Assembly: GCA_951406725.2 (NCBI GenBank)
Contig: OX597817.1
Span: forward strand, 89,900,001 to 89,964,000
Reading direction: 5' to 3'
DNA from: Octopus vulgaris
Lineage: Eukaryota
Length of the DNA: 64,000 nucleotides
The notes under the pieces were generated by a model, which worked only from the letters and a program-made list of their open reading frames with translations, was not told the DNA's origin and did not search any database. Both the position numbers and the translations under genes were made by a program. This document shows, piece by piece, positions 11,740 through 25,499 of the stretch (position 1 is the stretch's first letter; each line of letters begins with the position of its first letter).

Positions 11740-12790
11740 TTGTTTTTTAACCCCAGGCTTGCTTTGATCAACCGTGTGCATCCCAAATTTTGCTTTCATA
11801 TTTCTAAAGCTATATCGTTTCTCGGACTAATTTTTATCCTATTTTCTCCCTTAAAAAAAAAAAGGAAACATTCTTTTCACATAAGTAGTTGTCTTTGTTG
11901 TGAGGGTATTTTACCTGCTTTTTTTTTAGCTTGTCGAGTGACTACCCATATAAGATCTGACATTACAGAGATTTGGAGAAGCTGGTAACTAGATCTACCA
12001 TTATATTTGTTATTCATTGAAAATTACGGTCGAAAGGGCAATCGTTACTTCACCCTTATTTATATCTTGTTCGCCGTTACTTGTATAGTTTAGTGCTTTT
12101 AATTCAATTCCTTGACGTCTTTTAGGAACTTTAAAGGCTAGTGTAAACCAACTAACAATGTTTCATGTGCAGCTATCACAATTCAATATTCCCATTGATC
12201 CTTAAGGGGCCCGATAAACTAATTACCTGTTGGATGTTGGTTTATTGAGCTCTTTCAGCCCTGTTGAACAGACCTGTGACCTATAACGTGTTCCAGCCAT
12301 GACCATCTCATCATGTCGAGTAATTATCCAGAAGCCTCTCGTTAATTCTTTGTCGTTTAGCCTCGGGCTAACCCTAGAAGAGCAGACTAGTAATCACATA
12401 TATTCTAGGCGGGCATCCTGTCTTGTTTTCTATAGACAATATATTTTTGCTACATTATCCTATGTGTCCTTTTCTTTTGAAGGACACATTGGAGATTTGG
12501 CTGTTATTTCTTGCATGTCGAGCGTCTGCATTGTGGTTCCCTTGTTGGTTTGAATAATTAGCTATTGACACAAAAGTAAACACATGTGCGTGCATTTAAA
12601 TACGATGATCCTCATTTCTGCATATGTACCCCTACTAAGCCGCTCTAATTGCTAGAAATAACTGCTCAAGCTGCTTCAGATGATATAATACCATCTTTAA
12701 AAGGGATAACACACTGAGTCTGACGTGATGGTTGCCACTGGAATGTCTTCAAGCTTTGATTTTGCTTGTTCTCGACTGACACAACAGTAG
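11740..12790. mobile_element. Cluster of unclassified dispersed repeat family E fragments (both orientations)
   Basis: Recurring motifs ttccagccatgaccatc, ctacattatcc and ggagatttggctgctatttctagc, also seen near 14.6, 15.4, 17.2, 30.0, 38.1, 42.5, 43.9, 49.7, 55.8 and 59.3 kb. Confidence 0.65.
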
Positions 12791-13084
12791 CAACAACATT
12801 GACCTTTGATGTCTTGTCAATAATTCTTAAAACAACTGTTCGGCGAGTTTAGTCGTGTGTTTCCTGATCAAAATGGATTAACAGCCTTCTCTCTATTGTC
12901 ACACTTATCAACTGGTTGTTGTTGTTTAGTCCCAGGATAGCCGTTAGCTTACATCAAATCTATTGACGAAATTTCATCTCAGTTTTTAATTCCATTTCTT
13001 TTTGAGAAAATGTTTTATCATACAAGAATAATGAAAGCGAACGGATATCAACAATAATAAATGATTGTAATAATTGTTATCAAG

Positions 13085-13800
13085 GAATTCTAATTTAGGT
13101 CACAAAGTCACATATTTTGAAGCAGTCAACAATTATATCGACTGATCCTACAGCTCGACTGCTATATTTATCGATCCCTGGATGATGATAGGCAAAGTCG
13201 ACCTTGGACAAACTCGAACTCCGAATGTAAAGGGCCGTAATACTCAATACTGCTAGTCTACATTAAGAATAATAATAATTCTGATCTTTGGCCTGTAATT
13301 CTGAGGCAAGGGGAGAGGAACGTCGATTACATCGATCCCATTATTCAACTGATATTTTATCGACCCCGAAAGGATGAAAGACAAAATTAATTCCGGTGGG
13401 ATTTTGAATTCAGAACGTAAAAGGACAGGAGAAATGTTGCTGAACATTTTGTTCGACGCTCTATCGATTCTGGCAGCTTAATAATAATTCTTTCTAATTT
13501 TGATAGGAGGGGGCGAGTCGATTACATCGACCTCAATATTTATCAGAATAATAGATAATACGGCACTTTTGAGTGGAGCTGGTTGTTTAATGCCGTCAAT
13601 TCCAGTACTTGTCTGTTCGTTTATTTCATTGACTCCAAAAGGATGAAAGACGAAGTTGACCTAATGATTCTAATATTAGAATTATTAAGCCCAAAATTTA
13701 GAAAAGGAGGACGAGTCGATTGGTAGTTTATTTTATCGATCCTGCAGAAATGAAAGGCGAAGTTGACTAGGATTTCTAATAGTAACGAAGACAGTAATAT
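13085..13800 (-). mobile_element. Head-to-tail cluster of Nin-domain tRNA SINEs (family D)
   Basis: Repeated atcgaccccgaaaggatgaaaggcaaagtcgacc (reverse complement of the Nin domain) and gaatttgaactc (B box), with (AAT)n linkers. Confidence 0.8.
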
Positions 13801-15039
13801 TTAGGAGAGAACAGGGGATCGGAGTTACGTCCCCTTACAGTCTGGGTTCGAATCCTAACGAAGACTTTGTCTTAACTTTCATCTAGTTCTATGTGCGCTG
13901 AAGCGATTTCATCGCTTGTTCCCTTCCGTAAAATCTATCAAAGATTTGGTTGTTGGATTGTTGATTATGCTATTTTAGCAATGGACGCTCTGAGGGTTGT
14001 CTTCAATTCTAGAGAGGGATTCATTTGAACAAATAGCATCGAACAAAAAACTGAGTAGCAACGGATATGAATTCACTAGTTTCGTATACTCACACATAAT
14101 CACCGCCCCCCACACTCATTACAGTTATATTGTGAACTAGCGTGCTTTCGTTTGTTAATCCAAAAACAGGTGCGTGTGTGTATATATATATATATATATA
14201 TACATACATACACACACACACGCTCGTGTGTGTATATAACATGCATACAACGAGCGTACGCATTACGAATAACAGAAAATTTTATAAATTCTGCAAATGA
14301 GAGATGTCAGTCGTTTAAAGTGAATTACAGTGGCAAATTAGAACAAAGGAAACGAAAAGTCAAATGCGAAAATGACGTTTAAAATAGAAAAAGTGAAATG
14401 CATAATGGAAATTCTGAAAACTGTTGAGCGAACGTTGACACCTGCTGAAATGAAATTTGGTTATAATTCCTAGTTAGGAATGATCAAAGAATGTGCTGCT
14501 GGGATAAAGACAGACAGCAGCGAATGTTCTGGGTTCGTAGGAACAGAGAATAAAAGTGTTGTCCGAGGGTGGTAGCAGCAGCGGAGATTCTTGTTTAGCC
14601 CTTCATCAAAAGCATTCCAGCTATGATCACCCTCGTTATTTTTTAAAAATTAAATTATAATGCATCCAGAATTACATTATTCAGTGTGTCGTTGTCACCT
14701 ATTCTAAAACTGTAGGGATGGAGGTTTGCCTGTTTGTAAGCGAGCAGGTCGTCGACCGTCCGTAGGGAGGTTCCCTCGTCAACAGCTGTGGGTGGTTGGT
14801 TAGACGTACAGGTGGAGACTGATTGAGGGTGGATAAAGAGTGGTGTAAGTTGCTACAACAGCAACTGCTGTTCTTGCTGCTGCTGCAGGCTGACGAGACG
14901 TGGAAGAGGATGGACGTGTGGTAGACAGGTGAATAATTTCTCATAGACACCGCCCTTAATAATAATAATAATAATAATGATGATGATGACAATGATGATC
15001 ATTTATTTTAATAATAATAATGGTAATGTTAGTAATTTC

Positions 15040-15300
15040 AAATGTTCGTACAAGGCCAGCAATTTTAAGGAGACGGGTAAGTCGATGACATCGATCCATT
15101 ACTTGACTGGTAGGGCCCATCTTATCGAGCCCGAAAAGATGAAAGGCGAAGTCGACCAATAATAATACTGATGATGGTTTAATTTAGGCACAAAGTCAAC
15201 AGTTTCGTGGGATATGGCTTAATCGATACTATCGACCCTAGTACTTCTCTGATACTTTAAATCCGATAGAATAAAAGGCAGGATTTGCAGTTAGAAATCT
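15040..15300 (-). mobile_element. Two partial family D (Nin) SINEs
   Basis: Same motifs as 13085-13800, following an (AAT)n/(GAT)n tract. Confidence 0.7.
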
Positions 15301-15862
15301 GTTTCTACCACTCCATTGCCTTTGATAGTAATAATTTATATTTTCCACGATAATAACTTGACCTTTGGAATGACCATCATAGTCATTGAGTTACTGTTAC
15401 ACCTGCCGATGAGAGGCGTTCCAGCCGTGACCATTTTGTCCTTCAAACATAGAATACATCTAGATAGGATCACATAAACCGATAAGTCCTTTTTTTTTTT
15501 TTTATTTAAAGCTAGTATAGTGTTGAGGGAGATTTGTCTGCTATTTCAAACATGGCGAATTACAATTTAGAGACTCCATCGTTGGCTCTATCGAGCTGTT
15601 GTAGTGTGTGTGTGATAGAGAGAAAGAGAAACAGAGTTTGGGTATGTAATCCTAAATAATTAGAACTGTGTGTGTACATATTTTCTCACGGCATTAGGGG
15701 TAGTGTCTTAGTTGCACCGCTACAGGTGTTTCTGAATGTTTACATCTAGTTTTGTTTGTGTATGTATGTATACACACACAAGATTTACGTACATGTTTAT
15801 TTATAAACATTAAATTCGTCTATATATGCGTGTCTGTATGTTGTGTATTGTATCTTTACATC

Positions 15863-15948
<86 letters not shown>

Positions 15949-18199
15949 ATCAGTGATTTGTATATGCGTGTCTGCATGTACTCACCCTGTATGTCTATGT
16001 ATGTACACACATCGACTAGTCCAGTGTATTGTGTGTGTAAACAGGCCAAACATGTTGATAAATGTGTTATGTAGAGAGAGAGAAAGAGGAGGGGGCAAGA
16101 GTTAAAAGAGAAAGTCCATCAGTTGTGGTGGAACCAGGCTAGCTTCCTTTTATAATTCTATATTTAACTCGCTTTCCCTCCGTCTCATTTTTTAGCTCTG
16201 CCTTTCGCTCTCGTTCTATTTTCGCCCCTCCCTTATCTCTAACACACACATACACACTCCTCTATATATTGTATACAATTTTTCTTATATTCTACGCATA
16301 CACGAATGTTCTGCTACACATACACTCACATAAGTGTGTATATACATATACATGCTGTCCGCTTTCCTTTATGTCTCCTCTACCCTCTTCCTGTCTCCTG
16401 TTCTATATCTATGTCAAACTCTCCCCCTTATCCTACATCCGTGTCGTCTCCTCCCGTTTTTCTCTCTCTTGCTCTATATTTCTACCTTCTCTCTCTCTCT
16501 TTGTCCTACCCTTTCACTGTATATATTTGTCTTTCCTATCACATTCCTTTTCTTGTCCTTTATTCCCTTGACAAATTCGTACACTCACATATACACACAC
16601 GCACATTTCTGTATATAAGTATACATATAAATATATACTTTTATACACTCAGGCATTCGCGCGCGTGTATATATATATAAATATACGGCGATCTGATTGC
16701 CAAATATACATACACACGCACATTTATGTGTATGTGTGTGTGTGTGTATATATATAATGCCTGTATGTATAAGTATATATTTATGTATATGCGTTTACAA
16801 TGCTATATGCTCCTAGTAAAATTGTGCACACAATTATAAATCGTCGGTTGGGATTCTTACACGAATGATGATAATGCTTATATATATAAAAGAAGAAAAT
16901 GGAGATTGGGAAATTAATTGAAGCTCTAATTGAATTTGTATATATATATATGTGTGTGTGTGCTAATAATTATGTATTCATTTTGTGTGTGTATTGCAGA
17001 CTACTATAGACGTACATGAAATCAGTTGTATATGCATCCCATAAGAGAGGAATACATACATAGTAATTCACTATGTGAATGTGTGTGCGTGTATGTACAT
17101 ACATACTCACACACGTACTGGTTATTTATATATACACTGTTGTGGTTTAACCCCTTAGATCATCTCTGACTGACCACACTTGTAATTAGATGTTCTTGCT
17201 GTCCTGTCTTTATAAACTTACTGAAACATCTTAGGTATAGTTTCGGGTAATTTGGCTGCTATTTCTAGCAAGTTTCAGCTATCATATCTATGTTTATAGA
17301 CTTGTCTGTAAGTGTGAGTGTGTATCTATATCTTATCTCTCTCTATGTATATGTATACACACGCACATAGAAAGAGAGAGAGAGAAAATATATGTACATA
17401 TGTGCATGAATGTATCTACGTGTGTCCATATTTATGTATATATATATATCTGTCTACAAGGTGGTGTCCTAGCATGGCCGCAGTCAAATAACTGAAACGA
17501 TTAAAAGAAAACAAATGTGTGTGTGAATGAGTGTTTTTTTGGTTAATCCCCAATTCAGTTACAATCTAGTAGACCTATTATCAAAGTGTATTATGGCCTT
17601 GACATCTCGTCTTGTGAGGGTTATGTAATGAACTACACACTGACATATTCTGTTTTTATATAAGACTCTACGCTTTGATTTTGTTGGAGATTTTACTGTT
17701 ATTTCCAGCAGCTTTTGCTCATTATCTGCCAATGTCTATGTCTGTGTTAGTCTCGCTTGTAGCGTGTATTTCTTAATGTACGTGTGTGTATTTATGTAAT
17801 GAGTATATATTTGTGTATATATAACATTGGGGTGTAGTATCGGTGTGGAATCAATGAATAAATTCTACCACAAGGTATTGAGTATTTTTTCCTTTCGTTT
17901 GTCACACACTGTTTCATGTTTGTACTTAACGATATAGTTAGTTTCCTCTTCTCAATATATGGTATCCTATATACAGTGTGTAAACCGTGTATTTGAGGGT
18001 AATCTGTATACACACGCGCGCGCGGGCTTGAATTTACTGGGAGAGTATTTATATACTTCATGCATATATTTATATGTATTCACTTTTACATGCACATACG
18101 CTATGAATGTATATAAACTTATTACGTGCTGGTGGTACCCAGGTATAGAATGGATTTTTACCACCTCTTCCCTTGTATCTATTAATACCTGTTATATTA

Positions 18200-18800
18200 A
18201 TCAGTGAAAGTAGAACTATGTAGTGATATATGGTAAGGCCTCGGTATATAATCACTGATATGGAGGTAGATAGCTGGGTAAAGACTGACAACTGTAGTTA
18301 GAATATAGCTTGGGTGGTAGTAGATGCAGATGAGGAAGAGAGAGATAAGGTGGCCTGATTAAAAATACACTTAGATAGTTTGGTAGAATAAGTCATATGC
18401 AGATAAACTGTTGAAATATAGGCTGGTTAAATAATGGTATATATGGATCATTGACTCGTAGAATGTACATATAATAGAATAGAGTGGTTCTGTTGACATC
18501 TGGTTAGTCTCTGGCAGGAATAGATGCAAATGAATAGATCGGTTAAATATAGACAGATACGTATAGATAGCCTGGTAGAATAGACGGGTGGTAAGAATAG
18601 AAGGATACGGATAAATAGACTGGTTAAATATGTATAGATGTATTTGTTAACAGATATAAGTGGGTAGATGGCTGTATGGGTAAGTTAGATGATTAGATAG
18701 TAGGTTGGAGGCAAAATACAGATTTCTAATTGGAATGCTACATGGATAAAGGTAATATAGATCTTAGATGATAAACACAAATAGCTAAGTAGGTTGATGT
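18200..18800. repeat. Degenerate purine-rich minisatellite-like tract (tagatagctggtagaata-type units)
   Basis: Recurring ggttaaata, ggtagaata and tagatag words; C-poor on the + strand. Confidence 0.5.
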
Positions 18801-20849
18801 AGTTGTGATGGTGGTGGTTATATGGAGGATTGATCGGATGTGAAGGTGTTAATTATGCCACCTTCTCTCCCTCCCTTCCTTCCTCAAACTTAGCTACTGC
18901 TGCTGCAAGCTGGTAAAAGACCGTTTGTTCTTTGTTCCTTACACCCCCTCCACTCTCCCTCTCTCTGTCTCTGGCTGTCTCGTCTGTCTCTTGCAGCAGC
19001 AGCAGCTCTCTAGCTCTGGAGTCTTGTCTGGAGAATTTTCCTTGGCTGTTCTTGTCTGATTTTCTTCCGTTCCACCACCACCCCTAGTTTTTATCAGCAT
19101 CACGGTTGCTGTCATCATCACCTCCACCGACTCCCCAAAGGTTTGGGTTGGATGTAGATTGGATGAAGATTTTTTCGAGGGAAGACAATTGGGATAGCCC
19201 CTGCCTCTTTTTTTACATTATCTTCCTCCCTATGTTATACGTTCTTCTTCCACCTTCACCACTCTGTTTATCTTCCCCCACTTCATTTGGATTGTCTTTG
19301 TGACTAGCCATTGCTATGAACGGACTCCCAAGAAATAGCCATTTTTGAGACATGCTGAGGTGATGGTTGTGAATTGAGGCTGGCAGCATCGCTTTCACGT
19401 TCCTTCCTTTTCCACTCTCATCTAAAATTTTGCTGAGGCTAACTTCAGTTTGATGATGGCCTTATGTGTTTATAAAAACACATTTTCTTGTCTCATGTAT
19501 TGAGAAGTAGATTCCATGGATGATTATTTTGGACTGTCTGTCTCCGCTTTTTCATTTCAATTTATATTCTTTTTCTACAATATATACACGAAGAAGAAAT
19601 TATTTGGGTTAAGAGAATTAGAACCAATCATATATGCATACATATACACACACATGTATACTTATGTCCGAGTACATATGCACCTATGCAAGGACATAAT
19701 ATTATGTATGAATATGTTTGTGTATTTTGATGTATACACAAACTCGCATACATACTAGCTGGGATTTAACACTTATACGTTTAATTAGTGACAAAATATA
19801 CCATTCACATACGTTAGTAATCACTTAAGTACAAACTAAGTTATCTGTATTTCAGTGTGTATATTTTTTGTTGACAGGGTCTCCAATTTCCACAGCTTTA
19901 TGAGAGCATAATATGCAAACGTGTTAACAAGCAGTCAAGAATTAACCATCCTCCGTTTTTCTTTCTTTTTATCATTATTTTGGATTACATTGTCCTCCCA
20001 TTTTAAGAAGGATGTGATTTGAAGGAAGTTGATTGCTATTTCTACTAGATTGAACAACTGCACATAGGTTTCCCTACACTGAAATTTCGAAACACCAGTT
20101 GCAGCTGGCTTTTTGCTTTCTGAGGAAGTGGATAGCATAGGTTGAAAGGCAAAGAATATCACAGTCTCACCCCTTCTGTCCTTTGTAAAATCAAAGCCCC
20201 ACCCCAATTCATATAGGCATGTAAATACGCATTCATATTTGAGCGTGTAGGAATGTATGCAAATATACATGTATATATATGTTTATATATATATATTTGC
20301 GTACACATACACTTAGCTGCATCATGAGCAGGTACTTTTTACTAATAACCTTGGCGTGAAATTGTCTGTGGACACCTGCTGGATGGTCTAATGCATGTAA
20401 TTCACAAGTTCTAACCTTGACACTGATTCTGCCCGTGGGTTATACTAAGAGCACCGGGGTTTGTGGAACGCGCAGCCATTTATTCTATAGCTTATGTTAT
20501 TGATATACGTGCAGATGTATGTGTGTTCTGTATGGAGACATGTGTGAATGTATAATATTTATGAATGTCGATGTGTAGCGTTTATAGCTGTATTGGTGTT
20601 GGTAGTGTGTATGGACGTGTATGTACATTTTAATGTGTAAGTGTTTATATGGATGTCTAGACTACTTATCAATTGCCTTTACACTTTACCAGTTCTATGT
20701 GGTTAGGTGTAAAAATCTCTTTCGTACAGCGGTTCTGTATGGTGTAAACATTCTTATTCTACACATAACTCAGGTACCATTGCTATTATGTAGTTAGTGT
20801 TATAACTGTTTATTGACAGAAATCTCAGTAGTAGTGGTGGTGGTAGTAA

Positions 20850-21770
20850 TCTTTTGTACTATAGGCACAAGGCCTGAAATGTTGTGGGAAGGTGGGCTAG
20901 TCGATTACATCGACCTCAGTGCTCAATTTTATCGATTCCTAAAGGATAAAAGGCGAAGTCGACCTCGGCGGAATTTGAACTCTAATAATAATAATAATGT
21001 TTTAAAGTTTGGCCCAGGGTCAACAGTTTTTGAGAGGAGGGCACAGCCGATTACTTTGATCCAATATTTGACTGGTATTTATCTTATCGAGCCCGAAATG
21101 ATGAAAGGCAAAGTCGAGCTCGGTGGAATTTCAGCCAATAATAATAATGATGGTTTCCAATTATGGCACAAGTTCAGGATAGAGAGGAGAAGTCAATTGC
21201 ATCGAACTTAGTACATAACTGGTACTTATTTTATCGACCTCGGCAGAATTTGAACCAATAATAATAATACTACTGGTTTTTGATTTAGGTACAAATCCAG
21301 CGAATTTGAACTAAGTCGATTACATTGACCCAAGTAGTTGGCTACTACTTGATTTTGTCGACTTCGAAAGATTGAAAGGCACAGTTGACTTTGAGCGCAA
21401 AACAACAACAATAATAATAATAATGAGAATCGTAATAATAGTAACAATATTTGGCAATATTGAGAAGTTGATAAATATTGAAAAATCGATATTGATTATG
21501 TAAAAAATGAAAATCAATAATTGTTGAAATAGAAAAAGAACATTAATGAGGATGAGGAATAGAATAGGGAGCAATAATAATAATCTTTCTACTTTAGGCA
21601 CAAGAGCTGAAATTCTGGGAGAGGGGGTAAGTCGATCTCATAGAACCCCAGTACTTGACTGGTACTTTATTATCGACTAAAAGGATGAAAGGCAAAGTAA
21701 TAATAATGATGTCCCAAAATTTTACATCGATCATTATATGACTGGTACCAATTTTATTGGGATATGAAAG
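20850..21770 (-). mobile_element. Head-to-tail cluster of about 6 partial family D (Nin) SINEs
   Basis: ggcacaag...gtcgattacatcgacc...gaaaggcaaagtcgacctcggcggaatttgaac repeated with (AAT)n linkers. Confidence 0.82.
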
Positions 21771-22423
21771 GGAAAGAATAATAGAGGGTGTCACAAGAGC
21801 TACAGATAAGACATGACTAGCAAAAGGAGTTGGGAGTGTTTAAGGGCTATATCTTGTGTGTGTGGTGTGTGATTGTGGATATATGAGTGTGCTTGTGGAT
21901 ATACGAGTGTGTGTACGCCTGCAAATTATAAATATATATGAAGTTCCTCACAAATATAACTCACCTATGCATGTATTGTTCCTTTGTATATCAGTACGCC
22001 TAATATACACTTTCGTGTATAAGTATACACACTCAGTAAACTCACTGATGCATTCATATACATACCTTTACTTACATACACATGCACACACAATACATAC
22101 ACTCGTGCATATATGTATACACATTCTACATCTCGAATATACACGGACACTCACTCACTCACACATAACGTTTACTTGCATGTATACACAATGTACTCCT
22201 GTATGAAAAACACCACGATAACACTATAACAATAAAAATACATGATGGAGAATATATTAATAAAAAGATAAAACAATATTAGTTAATTACAATAAGAAAA
22301 AAAAATATTAGCTACTATATGATAAGAGAGAACAAATTGTTCTAATTTAGAAGCAAGGTCAGATATTTTTCGGGTTAGACTGTTAATGTTGCTGTGTCCA
22401 GTTTTTCACTAGTTGTGTGTGTG

Positions 22424-22455
<32 letters not shown>

Positions 22456-23479
22456 ATCGCCCCACCCCCACTAGAAGGATGACAGGTAAAGTTGAATCTG
22501 GCACAATTTGAACTAAAGCAAGGCTTTGTATGTTGCTCTTCCGATTCTCTTAGCCATAGAATGAATGGTTTTTGCCTTGTGCCACAAGGACAACGAAATA
22601 AAAGTAACAATAACAAAACTAATAATAGATCTGTTATAGTGATGATGATGATGATTGTATTACTATATTGATTAGTAATAAATTGTTTAATTGCTCGACA
22701 AAAAATGAATAGAGAGGGAGCGATAGAGACTGTGTGTGAATGTGTTCTAGAGATACACACGCACACCTTCGTGTTACATACATAATACTTATTACCCATC
22801 TGTGTATTTATATTTGTAGTATTTGTATATATAATTCGTTTTTATGTGTGTGTATGTATATAATAATTTTTGGGTACTTTCTTATGCTAAATAATATTGA
22901 TCATTTTATATGCATATGCATTGTGTCTGCATGCATTATGTATGTATGTATATATGTATGCATGCACTTAACACTCTGTATCTTTATGTCTGTATGTGTT
23001 TATGTAATGTCTGTGTATGTATGTCTATACCTGAGTATGAATGTATATTGCAAAATATATACATACAAGGATATGAAAGCAGAAAGAGGTGTCATCGTTT
23101 GCACATTATATACATATCAACCACAATGATTACAATATTTTGCCAGGTTTTACTATTAACAACATTAAAATAATAATAATAATATCGTTTAATATCCATT
23201 ACATTTTTGTATAGGAAAAAATGTAAATACATTGGAATATACATTGGCGCGCGCGCGCGATATATGGGGCGGAGGAAGAGAAGGTATGTGAGTGGGCAGT
23301 GTAGATGTTTTCAACATTGTGTCAGATAACTTCCACCCTTATTAATGAAAAGGAAGAAAGCTATAATTCTTTTGTAATCTATTAAGTGTTGATATTAATG
23401 ATAAAAAGAAATGGCATAAAAAAAAAAAAGTTTCTTAAATGTCTTTGTGCAAATTTGTGTGTGTGTGTGTCTATATATC

Positions 23480-23533
<54 letters not shown>

Positions 23534-23857
23534 CATACACATGCATACATACATTATTTTGGTGTGTGCGCTTATATGTACACACACACATATATATATA
23601 TATATATTTACCTCTGTGTGTGTGTTTCATGTGTATTTTTTGACTGCCTTGATATCATGGTTGTATGTCTATGAGTGTACATACAATGTATGCGTGTATT
23701 ATGTATTTTGTGTGTGTGTGAAGGAAAAAAAAGCATTAATTAGGAATTACGCGAAATAGTAAAATATTCTTTAATGGTGACAATGACTTCGAAATTTCAC
23801 CAAAACTAGCTTTTTCCAAACTCACTCTCTTTATATATGTGTGTGTGTGTTCATACA

Positions 23858-23888
<31 letters not shown>

Positions 23889-25499
23889 GTATACACACAC
23901 TCACACTTGTGTGTGAATGTATGAAATTGATGTATAGCGTGTGTAGCATTTATTATTGACTTTATTCTGTGTGCGTGCGTGCGTGTGTGTGTATAGTGTT
24001 GTAGAGAAACTAGGCCAGTAGCAGCCTGGCTAAGGTTCTATCTGCGACTCCTCCCCCTTTTTTGCTTGGCAGTACTGCTGCTACCACGCCCTCCCACCTT
24101 CTCACTATTTCCATCTCTCATTACTACCACGCGTCACACAGCTGCTACCTTCACTGCTTCTTGCTGCTGACGCTGCCGCGAGCTGTCTACCACCGTTTTT
24201 ACTACTACTGCTACGACGACTACTACTGACAGCAGCAGCAGTTCCATTTTCTACATGACTTACTGTGTCAGACGTTAGTTGGTGTTTGTTACTGTCTCAC
24301 CCGGGGTCAACGACTTCAGTGTACACACACATATGTATGTCTGTGTGTGTGTATACATATATATACACACACATATACAGATATACACAATTACTATTAT
24401 ATATATATATATATATCTGTATTACTCTTATCCATAACATTTCTTTCTCACACTCATTTTCTCATCCATCTATTTTCCCAATTTTTGCGGACTTTCACCT
24501 TAACTACGGATAGGTAATAGAACTGGGTTCACTTAGCTTTTCATCCACCCCTAACTCCAACTATGGGAAGGGACAGTTAAGGCAAAAAAAAAAAAGCAAG
24601 ACCATCTATCTTTAGAAGAAAAATGTCAATTTCATCTTGTACAAGATGAAGTACCCCTCTAAGGTCGACTGACTTTTCATCCTTTAGAAATAAAGTTACT
24701 TATGTACTGGGGCATATATAATCATCTATTGTATAGATTCTATACCTTCCCCTTCTTAAAGAAGCTATTTTGCTGTTGAAAGTCATTAATGAAGAGGTTT
24801 TTTTTTTGTGTTGGTACATTATTAGATAAAATAACTTGTAGTTTTTAGTTATGTCCCTTTATCTTCTGACTTTCAATCCCACCGGTGCTTGAGGCTTCAA
24901 GTTTGCCTTTTGTTTTCTCTTAGTGCCTAAGAAGTAAAATACTAGTCGAATTATGCTATCAATTTTATCAGCTGTACCCACGTCTCCAAAATCTGTGGCT
25001 TTGACTAGAATCATTTGCATTATGTCTGTCTATTCATGTACACGTGTGTTTGTGTGCGTGTATACAAGTTTCCGTCGATAAAAAATTCGTTTCTACTCGC
25101 TACATTGTTAACCAACACATAATCGTTCGTTCGTTTACGTCCTTTTGTTGTTTTTCATGCTAGCATGGGTTGAGTGAATACTGAGGCATTGTTTTATTGC
25201 TAGCTTCTCTTCCTGTTGCTAACCTTTACCCGTTTTTCAAGTAACGTATTGTTTTTTATTCTACCCATCCTCGAGATTTCAGAATTATGAAATTGTTAGC
25301 AGAGAATACCAACGAACGTCATTTTTTTTTTTTATTCAACGGTTTTCTTGTAAGGATGCAGAATGCAAACATGCTCACATACACATGCCTGCATACATAC
25401 CAAAATCTGTGTGTGCGTAAGACTTACATATATGTGTGTATCTTTCTTTGTATGTGTGTGTGTACACACACACACACACACAGTTTCTAAACGGATTCT

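Noticed and set aside
14889-14928. AG/GT-bounded mini-exon (ADETWKRMDVW*) as chromodomain exon 2
   Set aside because: It has an in-frame stop and lacks the V-x-W-K-G motif.
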